From the NCBI GenBank assembly GCA_965649765.1, contig OZ287757.1, positions 15,128,001-15,192,000 on the forward strand: a stretch of 64,000 nt of DNA, written 5' to 3'. Every line of letters starts with the position of its first letter. The stretch's first letter is position 1. Below, in pieces: positions 26,600 to 40,350 of this stretch. Made by a program: the position numbers and the translations under genes. The stretch is from Bispira polyomma. Its lineage: Eukaryota. The notes below the pieces were generated by a model. That model searched no databases. It was given only the letters and a program-made list of their open reading frames with translations, and was not told the origin of the DNA.

Positions 26600-28310
26600 T
26601 AATAATGTGTATTGAGGTGTATTTTTGGATACAAATTTAGAATTGACTTATCCTACAGTAGACATGGTTGGCTACATACAACATTGTGGGACAGTTTGTT
26701 ACTTGTTTAAAGTGGACCTCCAGCACGCATTTAAAAATCTAAGGCTTGACTCTCACGATTATCATTTCTTAGGGCTGTATTGGCAACAGCTGTACTACAT
26801 TAACAGGGCGGTTCTATTTGGATTAAGGCACGGATCTCATTATTGCCAGAGAATGACTGACAGTATTTGGTTCATTATGAGAAACCATGGGTATGTCATT
26901 TATAACTATATTAATGACATGGCTGAGGCCATGGCGGCTTACACTTTTTTATTAAAATTGCTGACCGATTTGGATCTCCTAGTCAGCCCGGACAAGTTGG
27001 AACCTCCTAGCAAATGTATTACTTTCGTAGGGCTTAACATAGATGTCACAGCTAGTACTTTGAGTTTGCCACCGAACAAACTACTTGAAATTACTGAATT
27101 GGGTCTTAGTTGGATAGCTAAAAAGTTTGCCACAAAAAAGTTCAGAGCATTGCTGGTAAGCTCTTATACATCAGTAAATGTGTCAGGCCTGCTTGGTTGT
27201 TCATCAATAGAATTTTACAAGTGCTGCATACTTGCCAAAAAGAGGAAGTAGTTCCTCCAAAGCTGATATCAAATGGTGTTGTGTTGTATGATAAGCCAAA
27301 TATGAATGGTAATATTGTGTTTGTGGATGCTAGTTTGACTGGACTTGGAGCTGTGTATAACAACACTGGCTATCATGTACAGTTGTCAGAGGTTTTGGAT
27401 GCTCCTAAATTTATTGTTCATTTAGAAATGCTTAATGTTTTCACTGCTCTGAGTGTGTGGTTGCTTCATTTAAAGGCTCTAATGTCATATTGTATTGTGA
27501 TAATTTGTCTGTGGTCAACACAATGTAATTTTAATACAGGTAAGGATTCTTATCTCAACACAGTGGCTTGGCACATCTGGTTACTTACAGCGTCACTTGA
27601 CATCACTTTGCAATATGTGGATAATGTGGGGGCGGATCTGTTATCTATATATTCCGATTTAGCTAAACTGGCTCAATTTGATGCAATCTTTCCATACTTT
27701 CAACTGCTACAGTTGCCCTGTCATGCCACCTCCCTCACTTGGGATATTTAATGGTTATTAATTATTGTGTAGATATGTTTATTATTACAGGTTCTGTTCA
27801 GTTACAGCAGTTACTGACTGCTGCCTCTTCCAGGGCTAAGATGGCGTATCAGCCCAAAAATAGGTATGTGTATCATAGGACTATGTCCACTTTTTTCAAT
27901 TTTTGTGTTAAGAATTATATTCCTCATGTGAAATCATTTGTCAGCTTTAAAGCATTATTTCAGAAGATTTGGCCTACTTATAGAAATTTTTAGTGACCTG
28001 CATGTGGTCATGCTTGTAAAGGCTATGAATAATAATGTAACTAGACAGGTCAAGGTATAAGACATTTTGGTGTGCAAGACCTTATCAATATGTTTGCTCA
28101 ATGTGACAGTATCCCACATGGGGTGGTTTTTAAGGCTGTGTTCTTTGGCCTCTTTAGAATAAGTGAGTTGTTGTCACATACAGTGTTTCAGTATGATTGT
28201 GACGATTGCTTTTATGTTGTGATGTACAGTTTTAGTCACCAAGTTTGGTGATCAAAGTTAGATGAACAAAAACAATGCAAAGTAGACAGACTAGTGTGTC
28301 ATTGCCGTTA
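26600..28310 (+). mobile_element. Decayed DIRS/Ngaro RT-RNase H-YR fragment
   Basis: LTYPTVD, FKVDLQHAF, LFGLRHGSHYCQRMTD, NYIND, FVDASLTGLGA, IVHLEMLNV, then YR-like FFGLFRISEL; cut by the poly(T) tail of an L1. Confidence 0.8.
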
Positions 28311-28311
28311 C

Positions 28312-31300
28312 CTTTTATTTTTTTTATTATTATTTTTTTTTTTTACTTTACTAAACATATAAAAAAAATTAACAATCTCTGCACACTTAAATAGTCACCG
28401 AATACATATGTTTATTGAAATTTTATTTTTAAACAACAATAAAAAGATAAAGCAAAGCCTTGTTTCAAACCTCAATTTCTTAAATGTCTATACCTGTAAA
28501 AATATTTTTCGACATTACCCACCTTTTATTAAATATATTGGTTTGAGAATTAATTATTGAGAGTGTCTTTTGTTCTGCAAATAATAGATATTAAGTGGAA
28601 AGTTTTTCTTGGAGCACCAATAAATATATCTTCTTGTTACCAAAAGTATCAAGTTCAATGGCCAAAAATGTCTGTCTAAAGATAGATAGCCAAATAGTGT
28701 TGTAGTGTTGCTCATTATAAAATGTATTCCAAGTTTGTTTGTGATCCATTGTCTAACATTTTCCCATAGCTGAACAACTTGTGTGCAATCACAATACAAA
28801 TGCTCAACATTCTCCGCATGTTGCTTACAGAAACTACAGTCATTATTTATTGATATTTTTAACTTTTCAGTAATCTTTACTTCCCAAAATTTTATAAAGG
28901 ATTAGGCATTGAAACCAAATAAGTTCATTCCTGTATACTCTTAAAACATATTCTATAAACCAAAGCCCACCTATCTTCTATCTCAATATCTGTGTACTCA
29001 TCTCTAAGTATGTTTCTCCATATTTTTTTGCAAAGTGGTTTTTCTTTTGGGTTGGCCCTATTGTAAACATTGTAAAATTTCTGCATCCTTTATAGCTTTG
29101 TATAACTGCATTTAAATGTAATGGATATTTTTGCTTTTCAAATACCTGTAGAGTCTTACTTGCATGCTTTGAAATAAAGGATTTAACATTAAGTTTTACT
29201 GTATAGTAGTTCAAAATGTTAACATTGCAGTTAATTTTGTGATTGATTTCATCAAGTGTCAAAATTTCTCCATGTAAATCAGCAATATCACCTATCATAT
29301 ATATTCCACTTTTGTACCAATCTAAAAAAATGTAGGGTTATTAAAAATATGCGAGTTATACAAAATGCAAGTCCTCAAAATATCCAAATTAGAGGTGCAG
29401 GTTTGTTTCTTACGTAAATCTACCCAATATTCTAGAACATTGTGCCAAAACTGATTATGGTTTTTTTTCAAAATTGTGTTACACCACTCATTGCCAAAGA
29501 TTGTGATATGGTTAATGTTTGTATACAGCTCATTAAATAGTTTCCACCATTGAGCTTAATGAAGTTAGCAATTTTTTTATCCAACTTACTTTAAGAGCTT
29601 TTTCAAACTTATAGATATTTATCATTTTTATCCCACCTTGGATGTAGTTGGAACAAATAGTGGACCTCTTTATTTTGTCAGGTTTTCCATTACACAAGAA
29701 ATTATACAAAATATTATTTAAAGTCTTCACATAAGAATCTGACCTTTCTATTGATGTTAACAGGTGGATACATTTGAAAATGATATTTGTCTTTTTTATT
29801 GTTATTTTACCAAATGGTGTTAAGTATCTATTATTCCATTTTTTTTCTTTTTTCATAGTTTAGCCCTGGTATATCATTTAATTTTGTTGAAAATTCAAGT
29901 CCAAGCATGGTAAATTCTGTCCCCATTCAAGATTTACAGATACATGTAGTTTATCTCTACAAAACCGTTTTCAACGATTCAAATCATCTTTGTATTCTCT
30001 TTGTTCATTCTCAAACCAGATATATTCCCAAAAATTTCTGAAGTATTTAAAGCTGCTTGTAAGGAGTGCTGACTACCATCTAATAGCAAGGTGGTGTTAT
30101 CTGCCAACTGTTTTAGTTTAAATTCTGCCTTATCAATTACAATCCTAATTATATGTGGGTTTATTTTAATTAATACTGCTAATATTTCTGCGGCGATTAG
30201 GAATAGATACGGTGAAATTAGGTCGCCTTGACGGCAACCTCTTTTTATAGGAATCTCTTTGGATAAAAATCCACATTGTAAGACATAAGCCGTTATATCT
30301 GTGTTGAAAAGTTTTATCCACTGCATTCGATTCTTACTGTAGCCAAAATATGTTGAAACTTTATGAAAATTTCCAAGAAAGAGAATCGAAAGCCTTTTCA
30401 AAATCAATGAGCATCAAAAGGCTTTCAATGTTCTTAATTTCTGTTGTGTGTAAAATATCATAAATCAATCTTGTTGATTCACTAATAAATCTTCCTTTCG
30501 AAATTACTATATCTAAAGATTTATTTTAAACTTTCTGTTATTACCCCTGATGCCAGTTTATAAACAATGCATAACAATGAAATCAGGTGCCAGTACTTAA
30601 TAAAGTATGATCTTCATTTGTTTTGGGTAGGCATGTTATTCTGCATTGCCGTAATGAAGGAGATAACCGACCTGTTGATTAAACAGGAATTAAGAGCATC
30701 TATAATAAAATATTTCAATCGCCCCAGAAAACCTTTACAAACTCCACTGTTATACCATCTATGTCTGGCGTTTTATTAGATTTTATTTTTTTATTAGACA
30801 AATCCCGCTTCAGAAACAGTTAAAAGTGAACCCATATCTTCAAGTGATATTTTCTTGTCAAGAATTATTCCTAATTTTTTAAAATCTACATTTTTATCAT
30901 CCCTACTTTTAAAAAGATTTGAGTAGTATTTTCTGATGTGGCGCAGAGCTTCCTCTTGTTTAGTATCAACAGAGCCATCATTAAGTCGAAGTTTTTTAAT
31001 TGTTTTTTAAATGAAATTTTTATTTTCTAAATTACAAAAGAATTTAGAAGGTTTTTGACCTTCTTGAAGCCATTGCATTCGAGATCTTACTACCTTCCCT
31101 TTCATTCTTGTATTTTTTCTAAGTCAGCTTTTTTGTCCAATAGCAATTCAGTATTTGAGGCATATAATGGGTTTTTCGACTCTAAAGCTTAAATGTTATT
31201 TATTAACTGTTTTTCATTTTGAATGTTTTTGTTTTTTTTTCTATGGAAGCAAATTTTATGGTTTCCCCTCGAATTCTGAGGAATAAAGATGCTAAAAAGG

Positions 31301-32072
31301 TTTCGCTGTCAATAACCATTTCAATTCTGGAGACGCTATTTTTTAAAAAGTCAAAGTCGTAAATTGGTATTACATATGTTACCTTTTCTTCATCAATGAT
31401 CTTATTCGTAAGGGTTATATATTCAGGAATTTCTAGAAGACTATTATTAAACTTTCAAATTCCCTTACTGTACACAAAGTTATTTAACATGATTTCTAAT
31501 TCCAGTATGGAGTGGTCCGATCGGTAACTAGATTTAATTTCACATTTGTTAGTTATATCTAAAATACTTGAAGATACCAGGAAAAAATCGAGATGTGCCT
31601 GCTTTATTGGATTCTTTCTTCTTCATGTATAACGCCTTCGATCAGGATGCAGTTATCTGTATATATCCAAAAGATAGTTGTCAGCTATCATATTTAAGGT
31701 TACTTGTCTCACTTTTGGGTTGTTGACATGTTTATAGTTGTATGTATCCAAATCTGGATTTAAGACAAGATTAAAATCCCCACATAGAATGGTGTAAACC
31801 GCATTTTTATTATAAAGTAACTTCTGTATCTCTTCAAAAAAAATTGGGTTTTCATTATTTGGTCCATAGAGAGTTACTAAGTTTATAATCATAGAGCTTA
31901 ATTTCAATACTAAATTTATATAGTTAAAATCAGTATCCTTTTAACAGTTATAACTTCGTATTCAAAATTATTATTTAAGAGGATTGCTACACCACGAGAA
32001 TTTGTTCTACTTCCGTTTATATATATATCATTACCCCACATATTTTTGAGAACTTCACTATCGCGTTTTACC
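28312..32072 (-). mobile_element. 5'-truncated L1/Tx1 LINE, degenerate
   Basis: LYGPN, GDFN, RGCRQGDLISP, QLADN, GKPDKIKR, Zn knuckle; poly(T) on + strand at 28312-28345. Confidence 0.88.
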
Positions 32073-32275
32073 TTTTTTTAACGGTTTACCACTTTGTCCA
32101 ACACAAGCGGTTCAAAACATGTTTGATTGTTACAAACGCACCACCTTTTGTGTTCCCTGGTGTACAAAGTCAATACAAAATTTTGACAGATGTAAAGGTG
32201 TTTTATGTACTAAAGGACATTTTAGGGGGCCTTGGCCTCAATACTGATATTCTTGGTTTTTATGCATTCACATGT

Positions 32276-32463
32276 TCAGGGGCTTCACTCCTGTTTTCAA
32301 AGTTTATCTTAAGATTAAAGGAAGATGCCTTAAAATTCTAAGATATCCTTTATTAACGGAAGTTTTGTGAACACTTCATATTAGAAAAAGGAGGAACTCT
32401 AAGGAAAATATAAGATTTAAGGATACCTTTATCTCAAGTAGGTTTGATAAAACCGGCTCCTGA
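32276..32463. mobile_element. Decayed MITE
   Basis: Imperfect TIRs tcaggggc..ttttcaaagtttatcttaagattaaagg / cctttatctcaagtaggtttgataaaaccggctcctga. Confidence 0.5.
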
Positions 32464-33999
32464 CACTGTACCAATAATCATTACATTAGAATGTACAACT
32501 TACTTTCGACATAACACTTAGGGAAGTAAAAAAAAAACATTGTTACAATACATTTGATATATTATACAGATTTAATTTAAACCTGGGCAAAACATTTGTT
32601 GTTAGTTATAGTGATCAAAATATTAAAATATATTCTGACATGAATATAGTTAAAATAAATAGCAGAATTCATATAAATTTCCCCTAAAGAAAATAACTTA
32701 AAATAAAAGTATAAAATAACTGTTATGACACAAAAGCAAAGACCAGATAATATGTTATTAAAAATCTGTGTCAAATTACACCAAGAAATACTTAGAAGTA
32801 CATTACCAATTGCAAAGCTGATTTTTATTGAGACCTGATGCATATTTTTAAGTAAAACAGAGCAGAGTCAATACATGTGACATCAGATCCCCAGCCCAGA
32901 CGATAAGGGGAAAACAAATAAAGTTGGCAATAACAAGCTTTGTTAGTATTCCTACAGATACATGTTGTACTACACTAATTAATTATTTGTTAAACAGAGA
33001 CACACCTAGAAAGGCGCTGGAGCAAGAATTACAGCAACATTAACTAAGCACAATAACTCCCAATCAACTTCTAAGTTGCAGTTGTACTTAATACATACCA
33101 ATAAATGATATCACAGTAAAAGTGAGGATAAAATCACAAACCTTGACTAGCTACATCACAAAACTTGATAATCATTACATGGCAATAAATACCAGATAGC
33201 CCCCTTCTTGGGCACATAATGAGTAAATGCTGATGTCACATAGTGGTTACACGATAACACTATGAGTAGAACTTCTAATCTAAAATAGTAAAATTAAGTG
33301 CCAAACCCTAAAATAGTAGTAGACATATTTGTGGTCAAGGGTGGGGAAGTAATGCCGGAAGGAGAAAGCCAATGTACTGTAAGTTGTGGGATCAGAATCA
33401 TTGTACCTCCAGACACATTTGCTATTCAAGAAACCTTAGTATTGTATGTTTTGTATTGAACCATTTAAAGTGAGCAAATTTATTTATTTTTGTACTATAT
33501 GCAATGACAGATTAAATTCAAAGCGGGGTGAGGCACCAAGTTGCTCAGTCTGAGAAAAGAAAAATAAGCTCTGACATAAAGAGCATTGAATGCTAGGGAG
33601 TGGGGATAATTGTTGAGTGGTATATTTAATTTTTGTAGCCGAATAAGACACAAACTGCAAGAAGAAAGATACCTGAAAACACTGCAAAAGGTGCAATGGC
33701 AACTTTTTGATTGGAATTTAGATTTGAAAGCTTAAAAGATACTGGTCCATGAAGATTGTGTTATAGGCCTCAGGACAAATGTTATTATTTGCAGAGCTAA
33801 GAATTCAGTACATTTAAAAATAGTTTTTTCTTTTATTGTTCCCCTTTAACAATTATTTTGCAGGCACAGTGTGGGAAAAGCAAGTAAAAGGCTACAATGA
33901 CCTGTCACAATTAACATGTGGTTTCACATAGCATATTTATAATACATGTAGAGACATTTATCAATACTCCTCAATGTATTAAAAAGCAAAGCAAAAAAA

Positions 34000-34330
34000 A
34001 CAATGAAAAAACCTTCATACTAATACGATAATTATTATTCCATTAATTTGAAGAAGCATTTCCTGCTCTTTATATATAGATTTAATTGCCCTTTATATAA
34101 TACAAAAATAGATTTTTTATTCAATTTATCATATTGAAAGGTAAAATTTTGTCACTAATATTATTGAATCAACTGGTATAAAGTTTTGAAGAAAATAGGG
34201 ATAGCCCAATGTAATAAAATAGTCAGTAAGAATGATTCTTATGTTCAAAACATTAAAAATCCAGCTTGTTATATGGTTCCATATTTCATATGGCACATTA
34301 CATCTCACAAGCAAATGGATAATTAATTTT
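34000..34330 (-). mobile_element. L1/Tx1 ORF2 C-terminal fragment
   Basis: LLVRC..EIWNHITSWI..ITLGY..IILVTKFY, similar to the other L1 C-termini in the window. Confidence 0.5.
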
Positions 34331-34599
34331 TCTTCTTAGTCGACAATTTGCGCTTGCCGAAATGTTGATCTGTTTTAGAAAACGTTGAACACCTACACAC
34401 AATGTTAGGATAGAGTATTGCAAATTAAAGCATTAGCTATCACAGTTCTAAAAGAAATTCTGTATGAAAACTTAAAATTAAATACTATAGCCCGGTTGCA
34501 GTTAAAACTACATATTACATTATTACACTAACTTATTTGTGGGACTAGGCTGGTTAACACAAACATGTCGTATTCACCACCAGGCAGCAATGTAAACGG

Positions 34600-35097
34600 T
34601 AAGAAATTGCATTGGCTCCCTGTTGAACAGCATTCAGTGTTTAAGACAGCTACACTTGTTTATAAGTTTCTCCACACTGGGTTTCCAAAGTATTTTGCCC
34701 CATATCTTTCCACTTACAGTAGTTCCTACAATACCAGACGTAGTCAGAGTGGTAGTAATTTCCTTGTTGTTCCGAAGTTCCACCCATCTACTCAAAAGTC
34801 GGTTAAACAGTTTGGTCACAGCTTTGCTTTTGATGCTCCCAATGTTTGGAATGGTCTTCCTGATGTGATTCGTGCTTCCCCCTCACTAGCCTGTTTTACA
34901 AAGAAGCTTAAAATCCACTTGTACACTAAAGCATATCCACCTTAGTCTCAATCATCCCCCGGTGCGCTCTATGTTGCTGACCCTTTTTCTGTCCCTTGAT
35001 TTTGGAAATTGGATAACTGTCTTTTGTGCTGGTGCGCCTTAGAGTCCCCTTTGTTAAGGGGAGATTAAGCACAATAAAAGTCTAATTACAATTACAA
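34600..35097 (+). mobile_element. L2-group LINE 3' fragment
   Basis: KLHWLPVE..FK..APNVWNGLP..FTKKLKIHLY; 3' end gcgccttaga...attaagc...aaaagt shared with the 2593 element; (aattac)n tail. Confidence 0.85.
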
Positions 35098-35789
35098 TGA
35101 TAACAAAGTTTGAGTGTAGATCATGCCCAGCACAATAAAATATTTTTTAAAAAGGAGGAGAAAATGAAATGGTTAATTATCACACATTTCTGAAATCGTT
35201 GGTAATTGTTTAATGTAAACGTCGTTTTCGGAGCTGGCCTAAATGGGTAATTATATGCTAAGCTAAGTATGTGTAAATAGTGAGATGAAGTTGTGTTGAA
35301 ACACTGAAGGACTAATGTGAAACTTTTGAGACATAAATTTTAAAGCTGTAATGTAGTACTACCTAATGTTCACTACCTTGGGTGAAATATTGTTGATCTG
35401 TACTGGATTATGTAGGCTGAAGTGGTGGAATGTCTTAACTCAGTATGCATCATGTCAATTGCAGCCAATACCAGACTAGCCAAAATTAAGGTGGGTTTTG
35501 CAATTATATATTATAGTCTAAATTAAAGAATGTTATAAGCACCAATCTATGTGAATGCAAACATATGAAGGAATCCCTGGTCATGTTATCACAATACAAA
35601 GTCAAAATAGCTATTACTACATTAATTTATTTTATTTCTAGTTATGAGACAGCCAATTCTTGTTAGTAATTATTGTAGAATTGAGAAAGTTTAATAAAAC
35701 CTATAGTAAAACCCACTCGGCCCTCACAGCTGACCAGGTGAGGAATCCAGCATCCCTAAGCAAATATATGACCTGATACAGCATTAATA

Positions 35790-36530
35790 ATAATTCATGA
35801 AGTAGTAAATACATGTACAGACTCTAATCACTCTAGAGATGTAACTATATTATTTTAAAAAAAACTTTAAGGGTAATATTTTGAAAAGTAAAGTGAATGA
35901 AAATGGAAGAAATGTATTAGTTAATTTCAACTTAATAATGAAATCATCATCATTAGGTGAAGATTCATTCCTTGTGAGGTGTAAAGTCCCGACTTTATCC
36001 TTCTTTATACATAATTTAAGCTTCATCTTTAAGCATATCAAGCGTTTTTTCATGGTCACACAAGAAAATGTGGGAAAATATATGCGTTTGTCTTCTACAT
36101 TTAGAACATATATAGAAGTAATAATGCCAATAGATTAGTCATAGGAATGATTTTTGTCACTGCCTTACAAATCTTATATTCCCTCAAAGTTTTAAATTCA
36201 ATTATATTCACAGCATTTGAGAACACATAATCAACACTAATGTGTTCCATTGTAACTTTAAGTCTGATCATAAATCCGATGTTGAAAATACTATCAAGTC
36301 TAAAGAACAGAAATACAGAATTACTATCCAATGTTCCATTGTTTCAATACACTCTTGGAAAATGTTTCATTCAAAGTTCTATTGCAGTAAACAAATGTCA
36401 GTCAATGTTGTTTTGTTCAATAAAGGCTGTTTTTTCCCCAATGAAGTGTACTTGATACTTTACACATTTCACTGAATTTATCTGTTTATAACTATGGTAG
36501 AATCAATAAACATTAACTCACCTGAAAGCA
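35790..36530. mobile_element. Old L1 endonuclease remnant with an internal inversion
   Basis: + strand SRDVTILF..GRNVLVNF up to ~35945, then the downstream EN sequence (SVDYVFSN) on the - strand. Confidence 0.55.
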
Positions 36531-36805
36531 ATAATGCTATGAAAAGTTACGCACACTTCTGCCTAATTTAAATTTCCAAACCAAAACATTATTTGGTTAA
36601 TGCCATTAGAAGGGCACTATTCAATCATTTTACTTGACAATGTTGACAATCTAACTGAGTAATTGATGTGGATATTTATCATTGAATATTGATATTTCTG
36701 CTAATGTATGTGGTGTGTAAAGTTGAAATATGGTAAAATGTAATGTCAATAACACAAAATAGCTTGACATGTTTCCCATGATTATTGTGTCGCAATATTA
36801 GGAAA

Positions 36806-36964
36806 ATGTTTTGTTACAAACCGAGATATGTTTTGGTTCTTATATTTGGTTTAATCACCACAGCCGTATATGAATTTACCCCAAAAAGGTTAATTGATAA
36901 AAGTATGTTTGTGCAGATACAAAGCCATAGTGGAGGAAAACACAGGAAGGCAGATGATTTTCAC
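36806..36964 (+). CDS. Proposed first coding exon (cytoplasmic tail, signal anchor, stem) of sulfotransferase copy B
   Basis: aaaATG; MFCYKPR followed by hydrophobic YVLVLIFGLITTAVYEF; phase-0 donor CAC|GTAAGC fits the phase-0 acceptor at 60214; lies in the duplicated unit. Confidence 0.65.
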
Positions 36965-37499
36965 GTAAGCAATATCTTACAGTTGTCAACATTTGTTTGG
37001 CATTTTATTTTACAGGAAACCTTTTAGGGTTAGTGTCATATATTATTTATACGCAAGGTATAGTATTCCAAATACAGAAATACATGAATGTTTTTACAAA
37101 TAGGAACAAGGAACAATCGTATTACACATTTTAAGATATAACTAATCTCAGTGTACTTAAATTTAGTATTATTTCTCTCTTTAATGTTCTCTAATATTTC
37201 CACATATTATTTCTTTATGTTATTCTGAAAACATACTTATCACTTACATTTAAAATTCTTGAGGTGCTTTAAGATCACAATTACAGCTACAATGAAGTTT
37301 CTTTTGAAATTACATTAATATTTTTACAAACATTGGAATGACATCCATAAACAGTCAGTCTACTCACAAGTTTTACACAATTGTTATCACTGGTCAATAC
37401 TGTATGTATAAGTTTGTTAAATCTATTATACAACTGCACATTAATTCACTGACACGGATGCATTTTGAAATGAATTAAATATTCTATTTAAAGCAATAT

Positions 37500-38580
37500 T
37501 ACATGTATTTATAGGGTCGCCTATCATTTTTACTTTATAAAATGAAGAAGTTGATATTTTTCTGCACTTAACAGGCATTATATTTATTTAAAATTTCTTT
37601 CATTAAAGATATGACAGGAGATATTAATACACCATCACCAGCATACCATAATCCACCCATGAACATGTTTCCAATATAACAACCTAAACCACTACCATTA
37701 ATTTTTAAACATTTTAAAATAAATTGTGAAAAGCAGAGGGGATAGAATGGCCACTTTTTACACAATTCAACATTTTAACATATTTTGAAACATTAAGGCC
37801 TCATATGATTCAAATTGATTGATGTATGTACATATAAGTCAGCAGTGACATTTAACATAATACCAATACAAAAAATAATCTTGCATACTCTACACGATCG
37901 AAGGCCTTATTGGCATCTAACGTTATTACATTTACATCATTCCTATTTTTTTCAACACCAATGTCGATTGATACTACTAATAGGGCGTTCACACTGTCTA
38001 CGTGCACTCCCCGGCATTGCTGTTTACTCAAGACCTGAGAACGTGGCTGAACTTGGCTGATCAGGCGAGAAAAAGCTGGAAAATGTTCATTACATATATT
38101 TGCATCGCACATTTTTGACCCGTTTTAGCCCCATTTAGCCTTGTTTATGCTCAGGTTATGTTGCGTTACTCAAGTGCTCTCCAGTTATGGCCAGATTACA
38201 AAGTTTTAAGCAGTTTAAGCCCTATTTACACAAGTTCTGAGCAGTTCAACTCCCGCTCATGCCCCAGCATTCCAGCGGCATTGTTGTTTTCTAAAGTTTT
38301 CTCAAGTTCCTTCAAGGTGTGTTTTCTGAGCCGTCCTCCCACAGAAGTTTTGAACATGTTCAAAATTTCCGACTGTAGCTCCTGTTCTTGCCGTTTACCC
38401 CAGTTCACCCCAGTTTTACCACCATTTTTGCCAAGTTCTCATACGTTCTCAGAAGGAATCCGAGAACGTGGACAGTGTGAACACCCCATAAAGGCTATAC
38501 CTCTGTAATTTTTAGAATCGTTTAATTATATCTTCCCATTTTGGGGAATTGGTATAAGTGTTGCTAAAAGTAGGTCACAA
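37500..38580 (-). mobile_element. Decayed CR1/L2-like RT fragment split by a MITE
   Basis: LDANKAFDRV and GCYIGNMFMGGLWYAGD (YADD equivalent). Confidence 0.65.
37981..38488. mobile_element. PIF/Harbinger-type MITE (second, partial copy from 63753)
   Basis: TIRs t(a/g)ggg(c/t)gttcacactgtc / gacagtgtgaacacccca; TAA TSD at 37978-37980 and 38489-38491. Confidence 0.8.
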
Positions 38581-38779
38581 GTTGAAAAACAAGGCTTTAA
38601 TAACAACTAGTCAGGTATGCTCTTGTTCCATCCAGTTTACATAGGAGGAGCTTACTGGACCAGACCACCCCTGGATGGAGTCGGGACTTGGAACAATAGC
38701 TCAACTGGTGCAAGGAATAAACTTACACTATTTCAAGTGCCTAGAATTACTCCACGCTCATTTTAGACTATAATTCTCA

Positions 38780-39083
38780 CTTGAAAGTAATATGCTTGAA
38801 TTATAATGGATGGACAGATGACAATAAAGTGTTACGCCAGGCTATAATAAACTCTCAAGATTATGACATTTGTTGTCTTACAGAAACTTATTTATTTAAT
38901 TTGAAGGATAAATTATAAGATAAAACTTATTTCAACATCAGACAATGTTAAAGCACCTAAACCTTTGGGTAGTGTCGCTATTTTAGTCAAAAATTGTGTT
39001 TTGGAGAACTTCTATGTTTCCATCTGTGATAAATCGGTCCTGGCTTTGAAAATAACACACAAATACACCAAATTTAATGTAGT
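38780..39083 (+). mobile_element. LINE APE-endonuclease fragment, left half; continues at 47856 after the Gypsy-A insertion
   Basis: VICLNYNG, DICCLTETYL, GSVAILVK; the frame resumes V|IVACYLPP across the TAGT TSD. Confidence 0.75.
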
Positions 39084-40060
39084 TGTGGCGACCTTCAGTA
39101 TAGTCTCAAGTTCAAAATATAAACAGCTGCATCTGAATGTTCAACTGATCTGACTTCGCGTTGTGTTCAAAGTTATAGTGACCAGTTACTGACCACGACT
39201 AAGGTTCCCATAGTATAACAAGAACCTCTTACGATCACGCTTGGTATGAAATGGACACTTGGCTGTATTTCGGGATACTTAATAAAAGATTAAAAGACTA
39301 ATTATAGAGTTAAAATATATCTTCTTTTATTTAAAGACTCATTTTATAACTTCATTACATGTTTTTACAATTGAGCAGAGTTCTCATAACTCACCAGTTT
39401 TAATACACTATTGGATTATATTTAAGACGCAAAGAAACATTAACTGAACCCATCAAACTAGCTAGTACTGGGATGCCATTCACCTAACTTAATGGTGGCC
39501 CCTAAAAGTGCCAGTGCACTGATGCAGGTTCCACCAAACCATAGTGTGAACTGACCTCCCAGTATCTTCTGTAAGTACAGGGCTAAGTATAATTAATATT
39601 TACCATATTTTACTGCGGCAAAAAGAGCTTCCAGTATATATTTCCTGGTATACTGTTTGTTTACTAGTTATACTAGAACACACTCTAGGCCACCCTCTCC
39701 TCCTGCAAAAACCCACTTGTTTATATACACAATTACGGTGCTTCCCGGTGAATCTCCGGATATTCTTATGAAGACCTTGCACCTGTTTACTAATATAACA
39801 TTTACATTTAATATGAATTTGACTGTATACATTTGCTAGCTTATAATTATAACACACTAAATATGCAAGTTTAAAGACAAATTGACCCACAGTAGAAGTC
39901 TTACCTTACATTAAACATTTTAAGATGACCTTAAATTATTGACCAACTTTGCTAAGTTATGTATATTATATACAAAAGCAGTGGGCGGAGAAACCACCGC
40001 AAACACCGACAGCAGTAAAAGAAGGGAATTGATATAGCCTTTCTGTGGCGGGTCGTTTCA
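39084..40060 (-). repeat. 3' LTR of Gypsy-A (977 bp)
   Basis: Matches 46896-47851 with ~13 substitutions and one ~21-bp indel; PPT gatgggggtggaatat at 40061-40076. Confidence 0.95.
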
Positions 40061-40137
40061 ATATTCCACCCCCATCTTACAAATGTTATGTCCCCATAAC
40101 ATGTCCCCATAGCATGCAACACACACTAACGCTATTT

Positions 40138-40350
40138 GGGGAGGTCTGGTGGTTAGAAGCCAATAATCTTTGGTGTGCCACCAATGCGGGTTTGAATCCT
40201 GTTCACTCCCTCATGTGGGAAACCCTGTCAGGCACCCGATGTAGGTCGGTGGTAACAGTGCTTCAAACTGGTTACTCTAACCATCAAATCCGGCCATCAT
40301 GATATGCACCAAGCTGTTGAAAGCAATGTAAACCCCAACTAAATACATAT
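40138..40350 (+). mobile_element. Second-family tRNA-derived SINE inside the Gypsy-A 3' UTR
   Basis: A-box-like tctggtggttag, B box GGTTTGAATCC, gtgggaaa core, catgatatg..agctgttgaaagcaatgtaaac 3' end. Confidence 0.65.

Larger units (their letters stand above)
35470..38215 (+). repeat. Segmental duplication copy 1 (paralogous to 61191-64000)
   Basis: Continuous alignment (roughly 90% by eye) starting at offset 25721, within the last codons of a sulfotransferase (QTSQN* versus QTNQN*). Confidence 0.92.

Noticed and set aside
35417-35440. EVVECL peptide resembling copy A EVVECV upstream of the ghost gene end
   Set aside because: Too short and the flanks do not align; may be chance
39600-39890. 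96-aa ORF repeated at 47391-47681
   Set aside because: Duplicated only because it lies in the LTRs; non-ATG start, no recognisable domain, no counterpart in Gypsy-B
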